A stretch of DNA of 64,000 nt from Marsupella aquatica (Eukaryota > Plantae > Marchantiophyta): the NCBI GenBank assembly GCA_973895155.1, contig OZ316895.1, positions 866,435 through 930,434 on the forward strand. The letters are read 5' to 3'. This document shows positions 9,301 through 22,703 of this stretch, piece after piece (position 1 is the first letter of the stretch; every line of letters begins with the position of its first letter). The notes beneath the pieces were generated by a model. It made no database searches. It was not told the origin of the DNA and was given only the letters and a program-made list of their open reading frames with translations. The position numbers and the translations under genes are program-made.

Positions 9301-11939
9301 TGGAACTCACACCAGCAAGGAGATACTTGAGTATGTACATAGTGATGTGTGGGGTCCAGCCCCTACTCCCTCACATTCTGGACGGTTATACTATGTCACG
9401 TTCATAGACGATTACTCAAGGTATGTGTGGATATACTTTCTACACAATAAGTCTGATGTTTTTGCCACTTTTAAGGAGTGAAAAGCCCAAGTTGAGAATC
9501 AGACTGGTAATAAGATGAGATATCTTTGATTGGATAACAGTGGTGAATACAGTTCCGGGGAATTTGGAACATATTGTAAGGAGCAGGGAATTACCCGTCA
9601 TCTCACAAGTTATACTCCTCAACAGAATGGTGTTTTTGAGAGACTCAACCAAACACTATTGGACCGCTCGAGGAGTATGTTGAGTCAATCATGCTTACCA
9701 CATGAGTTTTGGACTGAAGCTGTCAACACTGCAGCTTATTTGGTAAATTTTTCTCCATCCAGTTCTATTGGATTCAAGTCGCCATTTGAAATGAGGTACG
9801 GGCGTCCAGCTGATTACTCACATCTGAGGATTTTTGGATGTGATGTTTATGTGCTTACACCTTCCCAGCTTCAATCCAAGCTGGAGTCCAAGTCGAAGAA
9901 GTGCATTTTCCTTGGCTATCAGAAAGGTGTGAAGGGTTATAGGTTACGGGATCCAGTAACCTGCAAACTGATTGTCAATAGAGATGTGTCCTTTAATGAA
10001 TCCAGATCATCAAAGGAGGGGGAGAGTTCTCAGGACTCCCATACTGACAAGGGAAAATCTCTCATCCCGGACCGGGTTGAGGGGGAGATTAGTCATGATG
10101 CAGTTCATGACAGGAGAGATGGAGAAGCTCCAGGCTTGGAGCTGGTTCTTGTGATGGAACAAGAGAAGCAGATTGTTGCTCGGGTACCTCAAATTCAGCC
10201 AGCAACAACAGTAGATCAGCCTCAATCATCTACTAGAAGAACTTCTAGTCGTTCTACTATAGCTCCTACCAGGTATGGTCAATGGGAGACTCATCTAAGC
10301 TAGATGATATTGACATTGCACCTGATGATGATGACATGGCTTTGATCTTGGAAGAAGGAAAGCTTTCTTTGTACAATGAGGTTTGTGCTTTAGAGTAGAA
10401 GCATGAGTGGAATGCAGCAATGCAGAGGGAGTTGCAATCTTTGAGTGACAACAAGACGTGGGAGCTGGTGGAGCTTCCAAAAGGTCAACAAGTGGTGGAA
10501 AGCAAGTGGATGTACAAGTTGAAGGACAGTCCTTTAGAGGGTGGAGATAAGATCTACAAGGCAAGGCTTGTTGCCAAGGGGTTCACTCAGGAGAAAGGAG
10601 TGGACTACAATGAGGTATTTTCACCGGTGGCTAAGTATTCCACAATTCGGATCTTGTGTCAGCTTGTTGTGTTTTTTGGTCTGGTGATGGATCAGATGGA
10701 TGTTGTTACTGCTTTTCTCTATGGCAACTTGGAAGAGTTGATCTTCATGAGACAGCCACTAGGCTTTATGAAGAAGGGCCAAGAGAACTTAGTTTGTAGA
10801 TTGCTCAAGTCCTTGTATGGATTGAAGCAGTCTCCCAGACAGTGGAACAAGCAGTTTGATGATTTCATGCTTGCTCAAGTTTTTACAAGGATGGTGTATG
10901 ATCCTTGTGTGTATACGAAATCAGTCAAGAATGATGTATTTGGTTTCATCATTCTGGTGATCTATGTGGATGACATGCTGAGTGTGGCTAAAGATCAATC
11001 TGAGATTGACAATCTCAAGGCAAAATTGAGTGCTCAATTCAGGATGAAGGATCTTGGTAAGGCCAAGAGGATCTTAGGGATGAAGATTTTTAGGAACTCT
11101 GAAACTGGACAATTGTGCTTGAGTCAAGGCCAGTATGCGAGGAAAGTACTTGCACGATTCAACATGGAGAACTGTAAGCCAGTGAGTATTCCTTTAGCTT
11201 CACATTTCAAGTTATCATCGGTTTTTTCTCCTACGGATGCTGTGGAAAAAGGTCTGATGGCTAAGATTCCTTATGAGAAGGCAGTAGGTAGTCTGATGTA
11301 TTTGATGACTTGTACTAGGCCTGACTTGGCCCTAGCGATGGGCAAGGTTAGCAGATTCATGTCAAATCCAGGGAAGGTACATTGGGAAGCTGTGAGATGG
11401 ATTCTCAGGTATGTGAAGGGAACACAGGACTATGGATTACTATTGATAATAGATCAAATAGAATGTTAGTTGGCTATGTAGATTCTGACTATGGAGGTTG
11501 TTTGGACACAAGGAGGTCTACAACTGGGTTTGTATTTACTCTTGGATGAGGATGTATTAGTTGGAAATCTACCTTGCAGAAGTGTATATCTCAATTTACT
11601 ACAGAAGCAGAGTATGTTGCAGCAGCGGAAGCAGCAAATGAAGCAATTTGGTTGGACAAGTTGATCGCGAAGATGGGTTTAGAGCATGGCGCAATGACTC
11701 TAAACTGTGATAGTCAGAGTGCTCTTCACTTGGCTGCTAACTAGGTGATGGATAGCAGGGTGAAGCACATTGACATCAAGTACCATTTTATCAGGCAAGC
11801 AGTGTCTGATAAAACTTTTGAGCTAGTCAAGATTGATGGAAAGCTCAATCCCGCTGATGTTTTTACCAAAGTGATTCATTTGGAGAGTTTCTCAAGACAC
11901 CATGCTACTTTGCAGGTTTTGCAGTTGTAGTGCAAGTAG
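9301..11939 (+). pseudogene. Outer copia pol continuation (IN-RT-RNaseH), multiple stops and frameshifts
   Basis: HSDVWGP, QQNGVFER, YKARLVAKGF, IYVDDML and KHIDIKYHF split over ORFs 9188, 9530, 10420 and 11745. Confidence 0.93.
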
Positions 11940-12159
11940 AGTTATTTAGCAATGTGTGACTATTTGTATATGGATTACTCATTCCAGTTTGGCTACGGCT
12001 TAGTTCTAGTTAACCCTTAGTCAACCCTTGTGTAACCCTTAGTCAACCCTTGTGGTTTTTAGGGGGACACCTGGTTTGGTAATTGTCTAGAACTTCCCGC
12101 TGAGGATTCCATATGGTAGCATTTAGTCCAGTCCCCAAGACAAGAGTCAAAGGGGAGTT

Positions 12160-12503
12160 TGTTAGATATTGCTCTAGTCTTGTGACTCATGAGCTAACTA
12201 GAGTTAAGCTAACTTGGGTTAGGACTTAGCCAATGTTAGCGGTAGTGCTGTTGTGTATATAGTCGGGGCTGATGCCAGACCCTGGTGGAACTTAGGCTTA
12301 TTGTTACGGAGCTAGTTGAGAGATAGGGAGAGCTTGTGCTGTGGATGCTTGGTATGGCCGGTCGGCCTAGGGTGCAGTAAAGGTCTTGTGTGTTCCCGTG
12401 GACGTAGCCTCATGTGGAGGTGAACCACATATCTTTCTGTGTCGACTCTTGTGCATTGGATGGTTCATGGGCTTGCCGTTGCGAATGTCGTCTATGCTCA
12501 ACA
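12160..12503 (+). repeat. 3' LTR of outer copia (344 bp)
   Basis: Follows PPT AAAGGGGAGTT; TGTTAG...GCTCAACA. The 3' half is similar to the inner LTR; the 5' half is different and lacks the 18-bp array. Confidence 0.9.
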
Positions 12504-12711
12504 ATATGTGCATAAGTCGGATGTGGGATAGAAAAAATGAAAGTGGGATGTGCATAGAAAAGAGTACTATGGTATGTTATGTATGATTATTAAAATGATG
12601 ATATGCATGATAATTTTTCTATCATTTCATTAACTTTCAAAAAATGTGAATGGTGACATTTTTATTGTCCTCCCCGCTATTCACGTTCAAAGAACGGGTA
12701 GTCGGGGCTAG
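12504..12711 (+). mobile_element. Helitron-like 3' terminus (host sequence of the outer copia)
   Basis: Ends in hairpin CCCCGCTA..CGTTC AAA GAACG..TAGTCGGGG then CTAG|T; a second copy lies inverted at about 58696-58880. Confidence 0.6.
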
Positions 12712-13270
12712 TAAGTTAAGAAAATACACCTAAGAGGAGAACATAACATCAAACAAGATTCACTCCAATTCTGTATGGAATAGAGGAAAGGTAAACTTAC
12801 ACTAGAGAAGGTCTGTTGTTTCATCCCATTGCTGCACAATGATAATGATCAACATCTACAGTCTCAATCTCACCTGCTGCTTTGTCTTGGCTCAATGGAC
12901 AACTTGCCTCATGAGGGCAGCCACACAAACCAGTATTATGAGGCTGCTTGCTTGCTTGCTCACTTGCTCTCTGGTGCACAAGCCACACGTTGTTGATAGT
13001 TGACACAGTCATTAATTCCAGTATTCCACTCTTTTGATTCATAGAGTACTTACTAGGGTTGCACCTAAATGGAGGGGAGGATAAGCATGGTGACCATTCT
13101 GGTCACCGGCTAAAAATGACTAACCTTAAAATCTGCCAGAAGTTAGTCAACCCAGACAAGGTGAGTCATTTCCTCCTCTTAGACTAAGCTGGTCTCTACT
13201 CCAAAGTTAAGTTTGTCCTGTGTTGAACTCTGGGTAAAATTTGGTGGAAAGCACCTTTGGGAGGCCTGAA

Positions 13271-13420
13271 CACACTTTCACCCAATATAAACACCCCTCG
13301 TTGTGTCTGTGTCAAAGAGGTACACACACTTTCACCAATTGTGTCTATGTCAAAGAGGTACACACATTTCCACCCAATATGGTACACCACTAGTTGTGTC
13401 TATGTGAAAGAGGTACTCAC
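13271..13420. repeat. Three imperfect tandem copies of a TTGTGTCTRTGTSAAAGAGGTAC unit
   Basis: Directly visible repeats. Confidence 0.7.
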
Positions 13421-13469
13421 GACCTTTTTATTTGCTCTCAATAATTTGGTACATGTCACCCCTCCAACA

Positions 13470-13700
13470 CCTCTTCGCCACTTTGGGCAAAACTTTGCTA
13501 GGTTTTCTCTCTTCCATGACACCAAAATCCTATCTAGCCACAGACCCTTACCTAGGGTATCTGATGGCTAGAAAGTAGTTTTGGAAAATTAGATAATGAA
13601 TATTACTAGCAGCTTCTCCTTCGGACGAGGTAAAGTGACATTCGCCACACTGGCAAAAAGGAAAAACCTTAAAACTTAAAAAATGGTACTCACCCTGAAC
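13470..13700 (+). repeat. Dispersed repeat family A, copy 1 (probable decayed DNA transposon)
   Basis: Shares GCCACTTT(T)GG..TAGCCA..CTAGGG..ATCTGAYGG..CATTCGCCAC..AAAACCTT with about 19850-20120, 21340-21540 and 46070-46330. Confidence 0.6.
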
Positions 13701-14238
13701 TTCAGTGCAAATTCGGGTCTCCTCATCTGATTTCTCTTGTTGCGCATTGGAGGGCACGAAAGTTTGTGTGCAGGAGGAACTCGAGAAGAGAAATCGAGTA
13801 GGCTGTGGGGCCATAATTGGAGAGGGTTCATTTTCGAAAGCAGGAAAGGAAGAGAGGGTCTGTGCACTACTCTTTCCTCTCAATTGGGCTGAAAAGGATC
13901 AGGGAGCGTAGATCTGCCCTGAGTCTTTGAACCCATTGATTGCAGTGGAGACACTTAGTTTTCGTCAAGTTCGTCGAAGAATTGCAGTAGCTGTTGTCTC
14001 CATCGCGTGTGGGGTCGGTTGACTAATCGATTAAACATCGAGAGGATGGTTCGGAGTGGTGAAATTAGTATCTGAAGACTGTGACACAGCATTTTTTGGT
14101 TTGGGGAATGGTGAAGAGAAATGTGGGTTGATTGTAAGGAAGGTGAAAGGAGCTCCCTGTTGATGCATCAGCAGCAGGAGTTGAGAACAGCCGCGCCTGC
14201 AGGTACCGTGGAGGAGGAACTGCTGGTGGGATTGACTG

Positions 14239-17200
14239 ATGTCGGAGGAAGTTTTAGGGCTGGTCGTCGGACAAGTTTTGGGAGCAATTAATGAAGTAGC
14301 GAAATTCCTCAACATGCCCTCGAACAGGAGCCAGGTGCATTATGGAACAGCCGCCGTTGTTGTGGTCGCTGTGGCCGCAGCTGTCACCGGTGGTATTGCG
14401 ATCTACTTGAGCGACGGGTAAGCATTCAAATTGGCTAGGGAGACTGAATCACTGTTTGAATAAATTACAGAGACAGGGACAAAGAGAGGCAGTAGTACCG
14501 CATGATTGGTCTAGTCTAAATAGGCTCTGAAACGACACGGGGTTTATCGAGAGCATGAGACCGGACTAGTGGTCTGATGCACTTGGTAGATGCCTCTAAT
14601 CCGTCCCTTAAACAACTACAACAGGTTTGGTCATTTCGAAGATTGGGGCTCTAATGAACTCTGCCAGAAAGGCATTCTCCAATTTCCAAAATTCGCGGTT
14701 TGGGAGCAGCCGCATTTAAGCAAAAGAATCAGAGTGTGCTGCGGGATGGGTTTTCATAGCCAGATGGGGTTCCATGCGGCATTTGACGGACATGGATTGT
14801 CCGATGGCTCCACGATTGCAGAGATTCCAATGTGTATAAATTTTGATTGCTCCAAGCAGTTTAAGGCCCTCTAATAGTGATAATATGTGACGGTGTTTTG
14901 GTTGCGTGTTTTGGTTACTCCTAATGGGAACTGATGGCTGATGGCCTCCCTTCGCTCTCCATTTTTAATCTTCCTGATTCGTGCGAGGGAAGGATATGGT
15001 GGATTTTATTTCATTTCACTCTGATGGCGAATCATATTTCTGGAAACTACCATGTGAATTTGACAAAAGTAGAGGATGTTTCCCATGAAGCTGTGTCTTT
15101 CCTTTGTTAGGTGTGAATTGATCGTCGTGCTGCAACCTGAGCGCCTCGTTTGTCTGTGGGAAGCAGGAAACCTCCCCGGGTTCGCAAACAGAAGCATTAT
15201 CCCTTAAAAAGACAGCAGTGGCTGGAATCTTTCGAATCAAGAGAAGGCCGACTGGTGGATCCGGGAAGAGTCATTGGCATAGCTCGGAGAGGGGTAAGAT
15301 TATGTTTGGCTTTACCCTAACATGTCTTGGGTTTGCAGCGGAATAGTGCAGTTGGCGAATCTCGAGTTGTTGTAATTGACCTCTAAGTCCACGTTGAGAC
15401 GGTAGTACTTCCTCTCACCTCTTACATGAGGAAACTTATCAGGAAATTGGACTATTTGCTATGAATTTTTGCAAGGTCACATTCGGTGGATATCTTCGTT
15501 GTGGTTGAGTCTATGGTTAAACGTTTGAATGATGATGGAGTCATAGCGCAGCTTTGTAATGTTGAGGGCAGTTTGTCAATCATTACTTGACTGTCTAGCT
15601 GCCAATTCTGCAAAGAGTTGAATGAACTCATGCAAATGGATCGTAGTTTCTGATTCACTGTGACAGGGAATTGATATAAGCATTCGGGCAGACGTATGGC
15701 CCTTCTTATTAGGATTGTAAGCAATACTCCACCACGATTGCATGAGCTTAATTTAAATTTCCTCCAGTACTACTTTCGTTAACACTTAAACCTATGAGAC
15801 GAAAGGACGCAAAAATATCTCTACTCTGCTTTTGTTTTGAGTTGGCCTTCGTCCATATGTCGGAGGGTGGGATCTGTCAACGACTCTGATTTTCAGAGCT
15901 CATGACAGTACTTTAAGGTCCCTACTTCAAAGTTTTCTCAACTGCTCACTTGTAATGCGATGCATCAACTATCGTTTAATTTCTTCGTGCTGGTCCTTAC
16001 TTGCAGATATGAACTTAGCAGCACAGAAGCAGAACGAGCAGCAGCAGACTTTGTGCACAAGTATGTTTTTATCCATGATCACTCACTGCTGAATTACTTT
16101 GTTGCGAACAATAGATGGAGACATGTCATCTCGATTTCTTTGCTAAATGCTTTTACTTCTTGAAATGATAAGCTGCCGGAATCTGTCCTGGAACAAGGTA
16201 TTAGTAGCAGGGAATCTCCATTGTCTAAGCCAGCGTTACTAACGACTATGGTTATAGGGATGCGCATCAAGGCACATGAATGTGGTTATTGACATTCAAT
16301 TCTGTAAGTTCACCCTAACATTCCCTGCTTATACTCTCTTCAGGGAGGAGTTTGATGAACTGAGGAGGCAGTGTGATGTGTTGAGAGAACATGTTGCCTC
16401 CGAGTTGAAAAGACGGAGGTTAGAGAAAGACGACTCGGGGTCTTTTGAGAAAGTAAACGAAGCTGAGGTATTGGCGTCAATGTTGGAAGGGAAGGCTGGC
16501 ACAGATGGCAATGATTCACCTCCAAGGACAGACAATGAGAAAGGGAATGATACTCCAACTACACCCAAATCCGAAATGGTGCTGGATGATGAACCTTCGA
16601 AATATCCCATGGTTGACAGTTTCTTGAAAAGGGGACACAAGGTACTGGAGGATTTTAGGGACTGGCTCAGAATCATTCGGCTGGATGCTGTACGTATGAA
16701 CGCGGAATGGGTACCATATTCGGCTGTACAAGCAAATGTGACAGAAGAAGAGGCTGATAGACGCGCAAATGAGGTTGGGATACAAGATCATGGCCATCTA
16801 GAGGCTAGCAGAACACACCATGCAGCACGTTTGGTTGCAATTCTGGAAGCTTATGCCTTGTATGATCCAGAAACTGGGTACTGTCAAGGGATGAGTGACT
16901 TGCTTTCCCCATTTGTAGCTCTGATGGAGTCAGACTCTCAGGCATTTTGGTGTTACGTACAATTCATGAAGCAGGCAAGGGATAATTTTCGTATGGATGA
17001 AACTGGCATTCGGAGACAGTTGCAGCTGGTGGCTAAGATCTTCAAAGTTTCAGATCCACAGTTCTATGACCATTTGCTGAAAATCCAAGCTGAAGATTGT
17101 TTTTTTGTGTATCGCATGATAGTGGTCCTTCTTCGGAGGGAGCTGACTTTTGAACAAACAGTCTGTTTGTGGGAGGTGATTTGGGCTGATTGGGCTGCAC

Positions 17201-17466
17201 TTCGAATGAAAAGTAGCAACTTGTTATCGGACAGTAAGGATGGCAAGCGAATGCTACCTGCATCCAAAGACTTCCTTTTGTTCACTATAGCTGCTGCTGT
17301 CTTGCAGCAAAGAAGGTTTATAATTGAAAAGTGCAGAGGAGTGGATGAGATATTGAGGGAATGTAATGCCATGGCTGGGAAACTAGACATATGGGAACTT
17401 ATGGATTTTGGTCGAGATCTTCTAAGAGATTATCAACAGAAAGTTGGCCATGAAAAAACCGACTAG
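14239..17466 (+). CDS. TBC-domain Rab GTPase-activating protein (plant TBC1D15/GYP7-like), 5 exons, 510 aa: join(14239..14417,15167..15293,15667..15716,16007..16060,16344..17466)
   Basis: All introns are GT-AG with consistent phases (1533 nt total). Motifs GIDISIRADVWPFLLG, IIRLDAVR (IxxDxxR), YCQGMSDL (YxQ) and LRRELTFEQTVCLWE; N-terminal hydrophobic segment. Confidence 0.93.
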
Positions 17467-19796
17467 TGATAAACTCTCGAAAGGCGACATGAGTTCCTTC
17501 TGGAGAGCGGACACAAAGCATCAATCGGAGAGTAGTGTCAAATCCTGTGCTCTTCAGTATCTGAGTTTGGTTCCAGTCTTACATTGCAGGATCTGGGCTC
17601 TGCCCTGCTGCATGGCTCCCGGAGATACTGCAGGTTGTGCACAGATAAGTCGAGTGATGGAGTGTGTACATGGAGTTGTCCAAATGCCGAAAATAACCTC
17701 AAGGGATCTACCATTACCAGTTAAAGCAGAAATGTACAGAAAAGTGTAGAATCAAACCCAAGTCTTGTTTAAAGTTGTATATTGCAATATGTGAAACAGG
17801 TCAAAATGTTGCTTCTAGACACGGAGTACAACGTCATCCTCAACTGGGCTGTAAAGACCTGATTATGTGAAGTTGCGGTCAACTTATCAGCTACTGGTCA
17901 ACTTTCAGGACCTTGGAAGATTGCAACTGCAAGACAGTACTGAGTAACTGCTGAATGCCACATTTTGGTAAGTGGATATTGGCAGGATCTATCCCTACGG
18001 CTCAACGGCTTTGGAGGGTCCCATAATTAAGTACCTGTTGCAGTTTTGTATGTCTGTTCTCCTACTTTCCAGGCTGCAGATCATTTTGTCTTGGGAGCAT
18101 GCACCCCGTTGACATCAAAATACTTAGATTGACTCTCGCAAGTACGACATGTTGGGTTCACTAGCCTATTCAATCCAGTTGTTTTCACCTAGGATAGTCC
18201 CAGCATCCAGGTACGGAGTATTGATTGTAGGGTTTGTGATGGCCAATCCTTGTTCATGAAATTTTATCGGTAGTTTGAATTCCAGCTATAGGAAGAAGTT
18301 TTAATCCGAAACTGATGGAATACCAATTCCGCAAGTCAGTGAATCAATTTGATTCGCTGATAGTACCCATGGTGTGCCTTAACTGCTGAAAGTGTCCTTT
18401 TGTATGAGATTTTCTTAGATCAGTGATGGATGTGTTGTGAATGTGCCTCAAACATGGTGGTTCTTGACCAACCGGTCTCATTTGAAAGTCGGACAATGAA
18501 GAAAGCTCGGTACACAGCAGTAGTTGTCACCAAAGAGTGGCCCTAATTTTCATCCGGAAGTAACAAAGAATTTGGGCAGTACAATTATTTATTTTTGTTA
18601 GAGTTTACAGGGTTACGCAATATTGCATCGGATTGCTTTGCATATTCTCTAGGTAGCTTGGCTTCAATGACAGCCCTTGTATGCCTGTGTTTTGCGTGCC
18701 GAGTAGACTGAGAAGTAATGCGCACTGGTGCATTTTTGGTGCTGGACGCTTAGGGTTTAGTTTCCTGGCACAGTTTTGCTGTAAAGGCCGTGCTGTCCAA
18801 TGCATGGAAAGTACTGATAGACCAAGCAATCTAGAAGATCCGCTGTAATTGTTTTAGCCACCTCAAGAACTATTCTTTCTAGAAGACTGGAAGAGGGTTC
18901 CCAATTCTGATTTTACTCTAGTTCTAAGTTGCGAAACATGGCCTTGGACCCTACAGGTGTCGACACTGAAGAGTGAAATGTAGTATTGCTATGTATTATC
19001 AACTGATGAGCTTTGAGCCCCCAATGATGTGATTTCTCTGGCTAGTAAAGATTATTTGGAGCCCAAAGGCACAGGGGACTAAGAGTACTTGTTGCTAAAC
19101 ATCATTGAATTTAGAGGAAACAAATTGGAGGGAGACCAGCCAGAAGAATGGGATAAAAGCTTCGGAAAAACCAGGGGCCTATGTGAGACAACCAGTAGCT
19201 GAGTGGACTACTGGAGAATTTTATACGGTGATTGGATTCTTTCAGCACACCGAGTGATCTGAAACTATGAAATCCCGTGTCTGTAGCTAGGTTCACAGTC
19301 ATCTGGGAAAATATGTCGACATAGAACCTGGAGAATGCTTGGAATGTGATTTCAGCTTCGAGACTACTCCTTTGTAAATCCACATGAGCACATAAGGCTT
19401 GGTCCAGTCATGTGAGTACATGGGAACTCAATAGAATTGGTAGGATGGACACTATTCCCTTAAAAAAGCTGGTTCCTCAAACTCTTGCCTATGATGATCC
19501 AAATCTCTTGTCCAAATTTTTGTGCTTGTGCATGCTCGTCAAAACGTACATTTTTCTACAGTCTAAATACATAATTACGACCAGAATGACCAAACGGTTT
19601 TCTAGCTTCATAGCACCATAATGAAGTCCAAAATCTAAGGCGCTTTCGAGTATCTCCTGAGAATTATAGCTGCCAGTACTTATCTTCCAAATTAATATTA
19701 CATAATGAAACTATCGCGAGAACTTATCCTTCCGCCAGTCCCAGGTATTTTTCTCTAGCCAGTCCCGGGTATTTTGCTCGTGGCAGGGATCTTCTC

Positions 19797-20120
19797 TTTA
19801 AACTGTCACTAGCCATATAAAAAAGAGAAGTAACCAAAATCAGCATTTTATTTAGTGGCAAAAATTTGTCAAATTACAGTTGCCCCAAAAGCTGTTGCCA
19901 CTTTTGGCTGAAACTGGCTAGTATTTTTCTTTCTCATTAGCCAATGTCCCCTTTAGCCAGAATCTAATGGTCACCCTTTAACCTAGGGCGATCTGATGGT
20001 CAGAAAAATATTCAGATAATAAATATTTTGAACATCTTGTCTTTCACACTGAACATTTGCCAATTCTCTTTCACACTGAACATTTGCCACTATCGCGAAA
20101 AAGCAAAACCCTTAAAAAAT
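19797..20120 (+). repeat. Dispersed repeat family A, copy 2, including a putative terminal motif TTTAAACTGTCACTAGCCATATA
   Basis: Homology to 13470-13700 and 46070-46330; the terminal motif occurs inverted at about 46956-46979. Confidence 0.55.
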
Positions 20121-20899
20121 AGGCTGATCCAAACCTTCTCTCTTTTTCACTTTCTTTTCATTGTTCCATATTGCTCCACAAATTCAGGAGCGACCACTAT
20201 TTATGATGAAACCTGGTTTTTGTCACTACTAGAGGTGTTTTAAAAACATTGGTTCCGGTCTGCCTCAACATGACAACATCACTGTACCTGCAAGCATCTG
20301 CGCAGAATATCCAATAGTGATTTTTGTGTCTGCCTCCTGTCACAACCTAACGCGTTCCTGTTTCGGGATAGTAAGAATCGTGCAGTCCTGTTTGTGGCAT
20401 CATGCTGCCCGCGTTCATCTTTTTCCGAGCTGAAATTTCACCAGAATGATTCTTCGAACGTCAGAGGGCCAGACCTTTTCAAACCCTCTGCGGTCGTGTC
20501 TGCTGAGGTTTATCTCTACAGCCACCAACTCTGACATGTGCCCGGAGGATCCTCCATTGGAGGCCTTCAACGAGAGAGATCTGCGGTCAAGATGTCCTCT
20601 TCAAAGCGAATCGATCAGATCTTCCGGCAGACGCTGTGCGAAAATCATTGGCACTTTGGCGCAGTGATGATTCGCGTAGGCAGAGCCAATTAGGGTGACT
20701 TTACAACAAGCGCAGGAGGGGAACACAATCATGCACAGATGCCACTGTGCACCTCAATATTGCAGGAGGTTGTCTAACTAAAGAGCTCTATTATAAAAAA
20801 AAAACCAACCAACCAAATGCGCATTTTAAGGTTCATATTTTTTTTGTATTGTAAAATTTTGCACATCTTTTCCAATGAAACCCTTTTAGCCTCGGGAAA

Positions 20900-21100
20900 C
20901 AAGTCACCAAAGTTTTTATACCAGGAAACAAACGAAGTACAATGAAAGGCAAGAAAAATTGGGCCAAATAAAAAGAGGTCCAAAGAGGACAAAAACAAAA
21001 CAAAGAAAAAGAAAGCAAATGCAAACCTAAAAAACTGAAGAAAATAAAGTGAAGGGTGTCAATCAGTGCATGAGCGCAAACTCAGCTACTAGTGTCCATA
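20900..21100 (-). repeat. 3'-UTR-like tail of the CRE-like LINE family (copy); others at about 21805-21935 (-), 44990-45205 (-), 45430-45585 (+) and 50850-51093 (+)
   Basis: Shared AAAGAGKTCCAAAGAGGACAAA..AGAAAAGC..AAACCTAA blocks. Confidence 0.6.
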
Positions 21101-21593
21101 TTGGAAAATATTTTAGTTCTTGTTCGAAAGACGGACTCCAGACCACAAACAGTTTAAAAAGAAATTCAATAAATAAAAATTTCTTCAATGAAGAAGCCTC
21201 TGGAGGTTGTCCCGAATATTCTGCAGAAAATCAGTGTACCCACTTTACTTCTTCCCCCATTGTAGCTTGTCATGTAGGAGCCTTACACCATAATTCTTTT
21301 CATGGCAGAAGTTTGCTACATCCACCTCTCTAAAAAGCCTCTGCTACAGTTGGCAAAAAATTGATAGGTTTTCCATCCTCCACTAGGCAGTTCCCCTAGC
21401 CACAGACCCCACTAGCCAGAAGCTAACTGCCATCCTTAAATCCAGGGAAATTTGACAGTCACAAATGATGTAAGTAATAAATTAGCTCATGAATATCCAG
21501 ATGTGTTTTCCCTACATACAAGGTGGCATTTGTCACAAGGTTTAGGCTTGATGGATCGTCAAACCAAAAGTTTCTTCCCAACCAATCCCATCA

Positions 21594-21802
21594 GGTTTTG
21601 TTGGTTTAAACCACACCTGCCCCTATAAAAAGCTCATTCTCACCCTCAGTACACTTCATTCTTGTGAGGTGGTGAACAGTATCTCACCATAAAAGAGGGA
21701 GGGGTTTTGTTGGTTTAAATCACACCTGCCCCTATAAAAGACTCGTTCTCTCCCTCAGTACACTTTATTCTGTAATGTGGTGAACAGTGTCTCACCATAA
21801 AG
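21594..21802. repeat. Tandem duplication of an ~109-bp unit
   Basis: GGTTTTGTTGGTTTAAA..CCCCTATAAAA..TCTCACCATAAA present twice. Confidence 0.85.
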
Positions 21803-22682
21803 AAAACTTTATAAATCAGGGAAAAACAAAGTCCAATGGGAGGAAAGAAAAGAGTTCCAAAGAGGACAAATACTTAACCAGAAAAAAGAAAAGCGAGTGT
21901 AAACCTAAGAAATGACGAATAAAAGAGAGAACATTTGCCAATAAAACACTATGCACTCACCACCTTTTGTGGAACTCAAGCCCATTCGTGAATTTGTGAA
22001 CTTTATAGGTGTATTGGTGATATAAAATCTATTCAGTGGTTTGGATCATTCACGTATTTCATCGTTTCACTTTGAGGGTCCACATATATTATATTATATA
22101 TCTTTATAAAATAAGATAAAACCTTACAAATTAAATTAAGCGGCCAAACACGTTAGTTTAACTGATCCCAGTTATTTTGGTAGAAATCCCCCACTGCAGC
22201 GGATTTCACGCAAAGGGAACAAAAAGAATAAATTTGCGCTGACATCTTGTATAAAGTCACCCTAACTACTATGGCACAGAAGCGGCAGCAGCAGTGTGTT
22301 ATTGTGTCAGGGTGCATGGTGAGTCAAGAGTCAAGAAGAAAGAAGAAGACGGGACTGGCGGACAGGCACGCACGCGCGAAAGCGGGGCAGCGGGCACCGG
22401 CCCCAGAGCAGTCAAGGCCCCCGTGACTCTGCGCCAGGCCCTGCCTGCCCGCGTTTGCACTCCCGGATTAGAAACCAAGTTGACACGGTGCCGGATGCAC
22501 AATAATAATCCGGCACTGCCGCACTGGCCATTCGGCATTCCGGCTTATATTATACGTCCTCCAAAAACCAATCTGCTGCTGCAGCCTGCAGGAGGGTTTC
22601 GCCGCATTTGAGGCCGCGAGGACCGGGGATTGCAGCCGAACCGGAACTCGAAAAAGACGACGAGCGAAGAGTGAGGAAAGGG

Positions 22683-22703
22683 TTAATTAATTAATTAATT
22701 AAA
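22683..22703. repeat. (TTAA)n microsatellite
   Basis: Five TTAA units. Confidence 0.9.

Larger units (their letters stand above)
1..12503 (+). mobile_element. Outer (older) Ty1/copia LTR retrotransposon, Tnt1/Tork-like; 5' LTR and PBS lie upstream of the window; interrupted by a nested element at 3254-9300
   Basis: Bases 1-60 align with the post-PBS leader of the inner element (3689 onward). Domain order is gag-PR-IN-RT-RH. PPT at about 12149-12159; 3' LTR TG...CA at 12160-12503. Confidence 0.93.

Noticed and set aside
14140-14160. miR319/159-like GAAAGGAGCTCCC
   Set aside because: Only a partial match and no precursor hairpin seen.
16276-16343. ORF-track start of the TBC protein at 16276
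   Set aside because: This stretch is intronic (acceptor CAG at 16341-16343); four upstream exons supply the conserved N-terminal TBC motifs.
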